This document shows positions 10,678-22,600 of a stretch of 64,000 bases of DNA, piece after piece (position 1 is the first letter of the stretch; the number at the start of each line of letters is the position of its first letter). Made by a program: the position numbers and the translations under genes. The notes under the pieces were generated by a model. The model worked only from the letters and a program-made list of their open reading frames with translations. It made no database searches and had not been told where the DNA came from. The DNA is taken from the NCBI GenBank assembly GCA_002633005.1, contig NMRA01000527.1, forward strand, positions 186,001 through 250,000, in the 5' to 3' direction. Origin of the DNA: Phoronis australis. Lineage: Eukaryota; Animalia; Phoronida.

Positions 10678-13600
10678 ATGGCTGGAAGACATCTCAGTTG
10701 CAGACTTGTGTCTAGTGTTTTAGCAGCTAAGCACTGCAGAAGAACTTCTGTGTCAGGATGGTAACGATGTCGTTTTAAGCCATTCATTCCATATGATATT
10801 ACTTCAACACTACTTATTAAAGCAGCAACTGACATGCATTTGTTCGCCTGTGAGCTGGTAACTTATTGTAGTTGCCTAGGGCCTAGGCTAGGGCTAGACA
10901 CTTGAGACAGTGTCAGTGACTACCGTTTCGGGATGGCCCCGGTGCAGACGGTGCAGCTCGGAAGCTTTTCAGCGAATTGTGCCTCACACTGATTAAAACA
11001 TCAAAGTCTCACTGTTATTATTACCTTTTGCGCATTGAGGTACACCTTAGGAGACCATCAATTTCTTTAATTCGTTCCAACTCGAACATATACTCTCGCA
11101 ATCATACTTTTTCTTCAAGAAGTCCTTTGGCATTGACTCGTTTAGTTGCCCAAATCGGCAACTGGCCATTTTCACTCTGCGTGCACTCCTGGTAGGCACA
11201 GTAAAAACTGGAGCTTCAATATCTAATGGAGCCAGGTAGAGATAGTAGACACTGTCTAGTAGTTGCCATCCCTAGTCTAGTGGCACGGTGAATATGTACC
11301 ATCGGCGGTCCTAAAGGCGTGAGTGCCCTTAAGTCATGAACGATCCTATTTCCGTTTCTGCGCGGTCCCGCGACATTTAGCATTGAGGTTTCCAGCGTTC
11401 GTCTGCTTATGAACGTCAAACGAGTACCCAGACATGTTGATAATCACAATATGATAATAAATAGTGGGTGGGTGGCTTCTTTTTTCAAATGTATCTTAAA
11501 AACAACATATTTCACTAATCCACTTTTTTGTGAATTTTCAGAATATATTTTTGAAAATACACATCATTCAGATTTGCTCAAACACACGCTCTAGGGGCAG
11601 CTTGAACAATGTATCAAAATGTCCCAGGGTCGTAGTACAATCAGCTGCTTTTTATGCTTGTATTCACGACTTTCGGTCACCGGAGTCTACCTGGTAAATA
11701 AGTTTCATGGGCACTCTTGCACTTGCTTAAACTTTGTCTTCATTCAGCCACTATTTGCCGGTTACATCAAATTTGTATTAAGATATGTTAAAAGCTTAGG
11801 CAGGGACAAAGAACAACTAGCCTATCCTAGCCAGCCAGCTGGCTGTCGGAAGACTAACATTAAAATACGGCTAGGAACCGTTGTGTGTTAACTTCATGTA
11901 GACATCGAAATTTCACACTGCCCAGTTAGTTCTGCTCATCACCTCTTTGTGAAACTTATATCATGTAGAGGTAGATGAAGACTTGCATCAAAATATGAAT
12001 TAGAACCGCGGTGTCTTAATTTCACATAGACCTCAAAATTTCACACCGCCCTGGTAGTTCTGCTCGTTAGCTCATTGTGAAACTATATCAACATCTAGAG
12101 CTAACAACTGACAGGAGTGCATGCAAAATCTGAGTCAACCGACACTCACCTTGCCCGTTGCAGCCATTTAAGTGAAAAAAAAAACTAATGAACCTTATTT
12201 CTTGCAAAGTTCTCTGGCATTTCTATCAGGAAAAGTGTGTTATTGACTTAAAATAATATGCTTGTGACACGCTCACAAGCCATTGGGTAATTTTTGCAAC
12301 ATTTTTTGGGAGATGTTGACAGCTTCGTCGAAGCAAAAGTTGTTCAGAAATTCAGTTTGTTGGTACTTTAAAACAATAAAAACTTATAACATAAGGACAC
12401 TAATTACGATGATTATGTATGTTACCATGTGGATCAAAGAAGAACAGTTGATAAAAGATTTGGTAAAGAAAGAAATTGGCCAATATATGTTATGGCGCTG
12501 AAAGCCAATGCGTAAGGTTGCCCTACAAATTTTGCTGTAGAATAGTGTTAGAAAAACATGTTTTGTAGCACCGGCAAGTAAGTTAATTTACTAAAGTAAA
12601 ATGTAATTTTTAATGACATCTGTGTCAGATTTTATGTGGCCAGTTTTAGCCACATCGGTGAATGATTTAGAGATCCAGGTAATTACTGAGTCACGGTCCC
12701 ATCAGTTAATAGACAAAACTGGTTCTCTTAATCAGGGACCACTGTATTTGACCGGTGTCTCCAATTTCTGACCACCGGCTGTCGGATGGAGAGGTCTCTG
12801 ATCTAGAGAAGCAAGTCCATTAGTGGATGAAACTGCATTTCTAAATCGTGGACCACTACATCCAACCAGTCCTGATACAACCTGTGTCTGAGCCTGACCC
12901 AGATTACCTATTGTGTATGGGTTATTCAAGAGACTTCAAAATACAAGAAAAATACCTCTATTTTTTATGAAGGAGTACTTTAGGAAACTTCTACTTACTG
13001 TGAAACTTATTAACCAGAGAAACCTATTTAGCATGACACCGGGGTACAGTTGGAAATATTTTGCCAATTGATAAATGTTGGTGGAAGTGGACAATAACTT
13101 TTTAGTGAAAACATAACCAGAAAGCCCAACAAGTTCAGATTTGTCTGTCAACAGACTTTGTTATTTTTTTAATTTCCATGGTCCTTCATGTGTTAAAAAT
13201 TGTTCTTTGACCTCCATGTTCCTTATGGCCAAGGTCACAGCTTATTTTTGGTCACCTGACCCATAATTTGGAGTCTTGGCAGTGTATGTATATCCAATCT
13301 GTTATTCTTAGGTAACTGTTCCCACTGTTCATTGTTTTTATTCTACCAATCGCATGTAAATTAGCTGAAAATTCCCGTTACAGAATCATTGCATTCAGCG
13401 TCCACTGGCAATGTATAGCTTAATAGTTTTGATGATAGTTTTCGAGACACGAGTGGCTAAAGATAGCTGGGTATGTTAATAGCACAAACTTTGTTAGTGG
13501 AAGCTGTAAATTGACGGCGACACATTTTGGTATATCATGTATGTTAGGAGATTTTAATCTACAAATTGCTCTTTCCCCTGGCTAAATCATCAGTCACATT

Positions 13601-16600
13601 GCTATAAGAACCATTCTTTAAATGGTTTCAACGCGAATAAGCAAAGCACTTTGAAATCAAGGTTTCTTTTTGACATTTCATTTATCAATAAAAGTGTGAA
13701 CTAGCCATTTTTTGTGACAGCATCATTGAGCCTTTCTGTCGCGTGTACATGCTGCACTTCTTATTAGTCTGAGTGAGTGATAGATATGTGCAGAAACTTG
13801 TGTGTGCTTATTTGCACATGTGCTGAAGTGAATGAACACTGTATTGTCATAGATTTGGACATGTGCTGAAGTGAATGAACACTGTATTGTCATAGATATG
13901 GACATGTGCTGAAGTGAATGAATACTGTATTGTCATAGATATGGACATGTGCTGAAGTGAATGAATACTGTATTGTCATAGATTTGGACATGTGCTGAAG
14001 TGAATGAACACTGTATTGTCATAGATATGGACATGTGCTGAAGTGAATGAACATTGCATTGTCATAGATTTGGACATGTGCTGAAGTGAATGAACACTGT
14101 ATTGTCATAGATATGGACATGTGCTGAAGTGAATGAACACTGTATTGTCATAGATTTGGACACGTGTTGAAGTGAATGAACATTGCATTGTCATAGATTT
14201 GGACATGTGCTGAAGTGAATGAACACTGTATTGTCATAGATTTCTCTTTGGCGTTATATGTGTTGTATGAAAGATTTTGTAGTTCCCAAGGCTACAATGT
14301 TTTAAGTGTAAAGTATTTTTACATTTCAGCTTTCTCAGCACATCAACGCCATGTCAGAGTGAAGGAAACTGGCTGAGTAGGCTGTGGGTTCGCTCAATTG
14401 AGCCTGTCAAAGACCCACATTCAAGATTACTGTCTGACCTAGATGATGTCTATGAACTCCAAGGTGGGTTTTTGTAGTCCCCAAATTGTTAATGTCGAAG
14501 GTCCTTTTGTTTTGTGGAGTTCTTGTGTTACATAAGAGATTGCTTTTTTCTTAGGGCAGCAGTTCTTGTTACACATTATGTTTGCTTTTGTCTGCAACAT
14601 GAGGATAAAATTGACGATCAAGGTTTCATAAAATTCCATCTTTATTACAAGTACTCGGCGTTTCACAACTTCCACTGAGCTGTATTATCAGGAAATGAAT
14701 ACACGCAATATGCAATCTGCTTGGCGGGAAAATTACGGAGACTTTGAGTAACTGGATGTCACATGGTGACGACATTCTGTTGTGTTGGATTTGTGTTCTA
14801 AAATTTTGAAACTTTTACAAACAGACGGAATTTAAAAGCATCGTGATCTGTTATTAAAATCTATCTTTTGACCAATATCTATCAAATGGCTATTACAAGA
14901 ATTGTTTTTATCCTTAGAATGATCATTAAGTCTAAGTTTTGAAACCGGACAAGTTATGCTGATATATAATGCATTACAGTCAATACAGCTCAAACAATGC
15001 ACTTTATTAGATCACTTCCATGTCGGTGTCGGGAATATTAGGATCTATTAAGTGATACTGAGGGGGAGTAAATATTGTGTCAGCACTTGTGAAAACTTAT
15101 TAGGAGCGGGTCCTGTTGTTAGAATAGGGTACTTTTCTCCTTAATTCAACTTGGCAATATGTTGGAAAAGTTGGACTTTATTATGACAAAATTTTTACCC
15201 AAACGAAACACTTAGAAAACATCACCTATTCTAAGTTTGTTTTGGTCGACACAAGACGTGTTAAAAACAAGCTTTATGACATTTTGATCACTAGAAACAG
15301 TTAGACAAATTTGGCAAGTATTTAGTGCAAAATAATAAGAATTGCATTAATCCATCGTATTAATTATGACAACTTACGTACTGGTGACTTGTTAACACTT
15401 TACCAGCCCTGTTAAACTAACAATGAATGCACACTTTCTTGGCTGTTTGTGTATGTTAATGAGCGCTTTACTATTTTCAGTGCACTGTGTCAAGCCAGAA
15501 AACATGTTGGAATACCTGCAACAATAGTAAGTCAGTGTTGAGTTTTTAGTGCGGTCTGGAAAAGAGGGAAAATGAAGTGGTACCCGCAGGGCTTGGAATT
15601 CTCCTCTTTTATGTGTTCGATTTCCTCTTAATATTTGACTTCCAATTAACTCTTTTTTGTCTCTTTTTTCATTATTTTGACTTTATTCATGTAAAAATAT
15701 CTATTTCAGTTAAATTTTACAACTCAAAAAATATTTTTATCGTGCAAANTAACCTATTTGTGGAACGATATTTCCCCTGGAAAATTTTCATCTTTTATCT
15801 TTGATCTTTCCAAGCCCTGTAGTCAACTAGGCTTTGTACAATCCAAGTGTGGACACCAAGGACGACATGACTTGTGAGGCATTTTTTAGCCAGAGTTATT
15901 GGTTTTCACTCATTCATAACTTGTTCCTTGAAGGTGTTAAGATGGCATCCTGAGGACAAGTCGATGTAACAGTGCCTTTTTATAAATTTATCCATGTCAT
16001 ATCATAGTCAAACTTTAAATTGGGGTTGGATTCCTGTTTTCTGCATAGCAGTTACTTTAATATAGTATGACAATGTAGCAGTTACTTTAAAGTAGTATGA
16101 CAATGTATCGGTTACTTTTAGTATGACAATGTTTTGTTGATAAATAAACTAATCATCAGTTCTCATTTTTCTTTTGCTTGCTCGTAATTTTATATTTTTT
16201 ATTGTTTTGTATTCACAGTGTTCATGTTTCAGTAAACAGGTACAAAAAACTATAACTCATGACTACTGGACTTACTATACTGCAGACTTCCGTGCATGGA
16301 TGAATAATGATATCCATTGTGCGTTTTAGTGAACGTTTCGCTGATGTCATGAAAGCCAAGAAAACTGGTGCTGAACTGGCTGGCAGTTGGACTGTGATGA
16401 TAGGGGATCAAGATGAGGCCAGTATGTAGGCACGGGCAAAAAGGAATTTTAGTCAAATGAAATGCTCCCTGAGCAATTCAAAGATCTCCAATTTACATCC
16501 TGCGATTAGGATGGTATATAAATGGTACCTTGAACCTCTATCAAAGTTGGGACCTTGTACCCCATTCATAGTGGAATTCCTGAAAATGGCAAGAATAGTT

Positions 16601-19600
16601 TCCATGCTTGCAAAGCGAAAAAGGGCAGAATTTTCTAGAAAACCTGCAGAAAATGTCATAAGATGAATTAAAGCCTAACTTTAACGGAATTTTGGTTATT
16701 TTAGATGTATTGGGCTAACCAGATAGTCCTAGCAAAGCCTTAGTAAAGTAAGAAACCGCGAGTTCAATCATGCAAATGTAAGCCCGTCAAATGATAGGCG
16801 AAGCTGCCTTTTCATGCGTTGTTGCATCACCGTGAGATCCCTGCACAAACAACAAAAAGCCAATAACAGTTGTATTGAATAGGGGTCTGAATAGAATATC
16901 ATTGCGTGCGGGCGGTATTCACAAAGGTGGTTCTCACGGTGACGTAGACAAAAGCAAACTAATATGCCTAACATTTCTTTACATTTGGCAATTTATGGCA
17001 CTAGTTGGCTTAGAGCGATGTCCTTAACATACCGTAGGAACCAAATTTACGCGTGTTACCATTAAAGATAGGCTTTAAAAACACTCGGTGAGTCCTATCA
17101 GGAGAACCTGCTTTCAGTTGTGTTTGATAGCGGTCCTTAACAAAAAACGATGTCTGTTTTGTAGTAAACAAATGTGATACAGAAAATGAAATGACAGCAT
17201 GAGTGAGATCTTGTGAGTCAAAGGGTCTATAAGATACGTAAAACTACTGTAGGTGATCAGTGCAATAGGCCCTCCTGACCGGCCCGCGCACGTCTTGTAC
17301 AATGTGTACCAGACCGCCTGCAATTATTCTTTCCACTCCAAGTTTTACAGTATGTTACACTGAATTGACCATGGTTTGTTCATTCCTGTGTATGCTTTAT
17401 GATTTTCATACAAGGTGTTAATTCCATGGATCATTAACAGAGTTTTGCATTCAGGGGAATGTTACCCCTTTGAAGATGTTTTTGGTCAGTTTGTCATAAT
17501 TTGCTTGTCTGAAAGGTTTTTCAGCCTTTGCCGTCAGTTTCAATATAAAATAAATTATTTACAAAAAATAATTCTTCAAACTGGAAGTCTGATGCTGTGA
17601 TCAAGTCACACAAAGCAAATGCCGTGCCGAATCAGCTTAATCTCTGTTACATTAATTTATTGCCTGTGTCTGGCATCATTTGCTCAAATCAAATGGGAAA
17701 TTGTTTTTGACTTGATCGGAGACTAAAAATCGGTGGGCGCCTCTGCTGTGAAGCACAGTTATTAGAATGAAAATGCTAGAGAGCACAGCTTACTCTCACC
17801 AACTGACTTTCCGAAACTTGATGACTACGCCACACTTTTGTTTTGAAAAACAGTTATATTTGATGTCTTCATTTTTATGGAAAGAAGTTGAGAATGCCTT
17901 TTATTGTGTGTAAAATCTGCCAAATTGATCAAAAGCACAATAAAAAAGGTTAATGGTTTCTTTGACTCCAGTGTGCCACCCATTCTGTTTCAGTTCACTT
18001 GTGGAGATACAAGGGTGGTTATCCAGTTCTGAACCGTGCAACACAAATATACAGAACAGATGAGGTTTGCTTTTCAAGTTTAAAGTTTTATGTTTACAAA
18101 TTTCTCATCTCTGTGCATGTTTCATACCTAGGTGGGGAACGCGTCATTTCCGTAACCAATGAAATAATTTTATTGTGACAAGTGAATAGTAAAACATCCA
18201 ATCTTTGAGCGAATTAGTTCTTTTGAAGAGCTTGATTTCTGAGAAGTTGTATTCGCTGTATTATTTCTGCAGATAAATGTGTTCAGGCATTCGCAATTTG
18301 GACGTGTGCGAGTTGATATACAATGTGCAATTCAAAGTGTGATATCACATTAAAATCTACACTTTCAATGTACGTTCAATGGTTCACCTACTAAGATCAT
18401 AGTAATTCGAAAATCTGACTGAAAGTTTGGTATTTTAATCCTTCAGATTTCAATGAAAATTGACTCTGATGACATTGCGCCATTTGATTTTTGGGCTGAT
18501 TCAGCTACTGCAGCACCTCCTGGTGGCCCTTAAAAATGTATCGTATGCAATGCACATTGGGTACATGTCAACGCCTCAACATTGCTCTTGTTGAAATAAG
18601 AAGTGTTATTGAAAAGAATAGATGACTGTTCAGATTTCAGAATTTAGTGTGATTTTGCTACAATTTTATTGTGATGAGTACTAACTTCACAGAACACAAG
18701 GGTGGTCAAGTGTTGAAGCCCTTCTTGATACCACCCATTTCTTGTAATCAGAAAAACAAGCTTTCATCCGTTGACTGTATTTTTGTTTTTGCTCTTACGT
18801 TCCCCGCAATTTTTGACCTCAGGCATGCGTTTTTCACAACCAATTGTGAACAGAGATTGATAAAAGAAAACCCCATTATCACCCATTGTGTCGGGTTTTT
18901 AAGTCTCAAGTGTCATTGCTTCAAATTAATCTACGCTCTCTGATTTCAGGAAATTTTGCAGTACCGACTTCAGAGAAACAAGATGCTACGGTCTCGTAAC
19001 AATCAGATTCTTCTTAGGTTTAGTTTCTGGCCACAGGTGGAGCAGCGAGATGGGCCCAACTTGTATGAGCTTCGCAGTTATGTTTTGAGGGTGAGTTGAG
19101 CCTGTGTTTGTGAATCGCTGTTACTTCAAACTCTGATTTTTATACGCTCATGTATTTATATGTGGTCACATATTCCCGTCATCTCAGTCCATTGTCCGTC
19201 CGTCCACGTCTGTGTCTCCTAAACCCCATGCCGGATCATTGTGAAATTTGCCAAGTGAAATCCTATGAACGGGGCTACGCATGACTACAACTTTTGGACG
19301 GATCAGACTACCATTCTGCCCCTAGTGGCAACTTTATTTCTTTTTACATTAGCCGGAGTTCTTAGTCATTTGAAATATCCCATCGCCATTATTGTGCAAA
19401 AGAAATTTTGCTTATAGAAGTGATTGTGAAAACGCAGTGAATTTTATACAGGCCTAACTCAAAAGAGTTTTGGAGTGCAACTTGCTGAGCAATTGTTAAG
19501 TCCAGAGTTTGTAGCCATTGCCAATCTGACCATCTTGGAGCCATCTCTATTAGGGTAATAACAACAGAGCCTAAGGAGGAAAAGTGTATAAATGTGTCAA

Positions 19601-22600
19601 TTGTTATTCAGGTACACAAAGCTTACACTGTGCTGAATAAGTCAGTGTCTTCACTGAAAATACCACTGTGGTAGAAAAGCAGTGTCCTCTCTCAATTTTA
19701 ACTTGGTTGTCCTTTACCATCAGGTGATACTTTCAGAAAATAAGCGAAACGTTGTGTATTCCTATGAATGTGACAACGGATGACAATGACTTTCAGTTGT
19801 ATTCAACTGCCGCTATGCTCCCTAGTGGCGTTTTAGTTGTTTGGGTTTTCCACTAGAATTCCTTGATGAATTTTTGTGAAATTTCTAACAGATGGATGTC
19901 ACGACTTGACTTTAATCAGACAATTCAGTAGAGAATAACAAGTTTAAAAGAAACAATATTTAACCTTTATCCTGCGCTAGGCGAGGTCAGCCGACATGCC
20001 AATTATCCTATTAAAATGCGTTGGGTGTACTCAATCGACTATAATAAGTTACAGCTGGGCTGCGCTAGGAGAGTGCACTCACCCCAGGACACTAGTGATT
20101 TTCATTCAGAAATTGTAAGAGCCCTGGAATGTTGTTCAGATATGTGACCATGAGCATTCCATACTTCACAACTTCCTCTACTGTTCTCCAATTTAAACCA
20201 TATGGCTGTGATTACTAGTTTGGGAGATATTGGCAGGTTTATGTAAGTGTAGACACATAGTTTCATTATATGGCTGGAGCCATACAGGAGAGGATGACAG
20301 TGGATCAGTTTGCTTTCACCAAGGCTATGATAAAGACTTACACATGGTGAAAATCTCCATTAAATTCNAAGCAAAACGTTGTGTATTCCTATGAATGTGA
20401 CAACGGATGACAATGACTTTCAGATGTATTCAACTGCCGCTATGCTCCCTAGTGGCGTTTTAGTTGTTTGGGTTTTCCACTAGAATTCCTTGATGAATTT
20501 TTGTGAAATTTCTAACAGATGGATGTCACGACTTGACTTTAATCAGACAATTCAGTAGAGAATAACAAGTTTAAAAGAAACAATATTTAATGAAGCTTCA
20601 ACATTAAACGAACACTTTACACACAAACACTAATAAGTTTCATAACTGGGTCGACCACTCTCGTGTGGCACCCAAACTAATATCACCGAGTCAGAGTCTA
20701 ACTTATCATTTCACACAGTTCGTGCGCAGTCACTTGTGATCAGTGCCTTCCTTTTAGCATCCAACTTTGAACACCATCATCTTGCGGTCCCACTTTGTCT
20801 GCTGAATGTCACAAGTCTTCACTGTCGACACAAACGTTCCACTTTCTCTAAACAGCTTCTAGACACGTCTACACTGTGTCACGGCTGACTCTCTACTGCC
20901 GCACCCAGGTCGAACATTTGAATGCGCCCGGCCAACACAGCAGTTCATTTACATATAAATGTCCCGGCAACAATCGCTGAACACTGACGCCGGCGACGTA
21001 ACAGACAATGTTCACAATAAGTGTCTATTCTTTACAATGGATTTCTTTTAAGAAGTCGAGGATGCATTTCAATTTTTGGACCAATTTGACTAATTCTGTG
21101 CCTTGTAGTGGCGTATTTTTGGAGTCTGTCTTTATGTCATCCAAACCGCTGGAAGGATCATTGTGAAAATTAGCATATGTGTTCCTACCTAGAAGATAAC
21201 GACTAACGATAATTTTTGGATGGGTCTGAGAAATGTGGTGCCCCTAGTGGCAATTTTATTATTTTCATATTACCTGGCTGATACTAATTAATACCCCTTA
21301 GAAACATACCATTTGTGGTGCAGTCTTGGATGTGTTACAGTGTATTGCATTGGATAGTCGTCGTTCATGTTTTGTATAGAATTTACTCCTCAGTTAATTT
21401 GGGGGCATTTTTGATTGAAAGTGTCACCATCGTGTTTTTAGCTTGAAGCAGTGTCAAAAAGTTGATCAGAGGAGAATTGCTCAACTTTCCTCTCGATTGG
21501 GAGGTCTTCTGCTGGTGTTTTTGAAATGACTTAGTAATGTAACTTCATATGCTTTCGTTTTTTTCTTGTTTGTTTCCTTGACCTTCCAAGTTTAGTGATC
21601 AATTTTTCTTGTAGCCTGGTACCATGATTGAATGGGGAAACCACTGGTGAGTAGAATTACTGTTGCTTAAAAGGAAACCAAACCGAGTTTTAGCCTATTA
21701 ACAGATACTAATGACTTTGCCATCCAATTCCCTGAAACAAAGTAAAGCTCTGTAACCCTCAACAACCCTCAAACGTTTGGAGGAAAAATTGAAAATTTCT
21801 TTCAAAGTCTGCTAAACGGGCAAGCGTGGACTTTGCTTTTAGTGGGAAAAGAACACCCACCAAGGACCATAATGTTCAATCTGTGACATAGGGAATATTA
21901 GTTTTAGCTTGGAATGATCGACACCAGTGATGCATTAGCAGATGAATGAACGAAGATTGATGGAAATCATCAAAACAGGGTTTTGTAATCCTTTTTACAT
22001 TAAAATTTTTGAATGGGGGGTTACATCGCATGTTGCACTTTTGATCAGCACTTCATGTCCTGAGGTTTGTCATAATTTTAGAAAAAGGCCCTGAACATGT
22101 ATAAAAGATTTGTCTTGGTTTGTCCCAACACTTAATATAGCGTCACTTTTCAAAGGATTCAAACTACATCTCCCCTTAGTGGCACGTTTGTTTGGTAGCA
22201 CGTTACCTCTACAATAGACTGTTTCAGTGGGAATCTGAACCAAACTATACGTAAATATTGTGAGGTGACTACTGACTGTGTAGTAACTTCTCTTCGTTAT
22301 CCCAGGAACCGAGGAATCAATATGCGCCAGGTGAAGGATGAAGCTTGTGGTGGTTTTTTCTCACACATCGGTGAACTTTATCACGTACATCACTTATGGG
22401 GTAAGACATTGGTTTGGTGACTTCCCAATATCCCTTAAAGGAATAGAACCATATTTTTCTTTGCTTTATGAAGGTATGAGTTCATAAAACTTGTTACGGG
22501 ATCTAATCTGTATCCCGCCAACTCCTACGTTTATCGTCGTCTCAGTATGCAAACATCCGACAAGCTGCTGACATCAGACACAGACTATACTGAAGACAAT

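Larger units (their letters stand above)
19137..21290 (+). mobile_element. Helentron/DINE-1-like non-autonomous element (HINE-like) with diverged internal repeats, interrupted by later insertions
   Basis: Starts TTTTTATACGCTC and has a (GTCC)n microsatellite at about 19194-19208. Diverged internal units (19205..19350 vs 21124..21280) each carry GCCCCTAGTGGC. The classification is inferred from architecture; boundaries are approximate. Confidence 0.5.

Noticed and set aside
11619-11693. [10 protein letters not shown]...VYL|GTAAAT as NIPSNAP first exon
   Set aside because: It ends in phase 0 while exon 14330 needs phase 2. The 10678..10760 exon has the right phase and a mitochondrial presequence character.
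13816-14243. CRISPR-like appearance of the 43-bp array (also the 30-bp and 50-bp arrays)
   Set aside because: The units are contiguous with no unique spacers, there are no cas genes, and the context is eukaryotic introns. They are minisatellites.
19743-20590. Genuine ~220-bp direct repeat or long TSD
   Set aside because: The second copy starts immediately after an N and differs by SNP-like changes; a haplotype/contig overlap is more likely.
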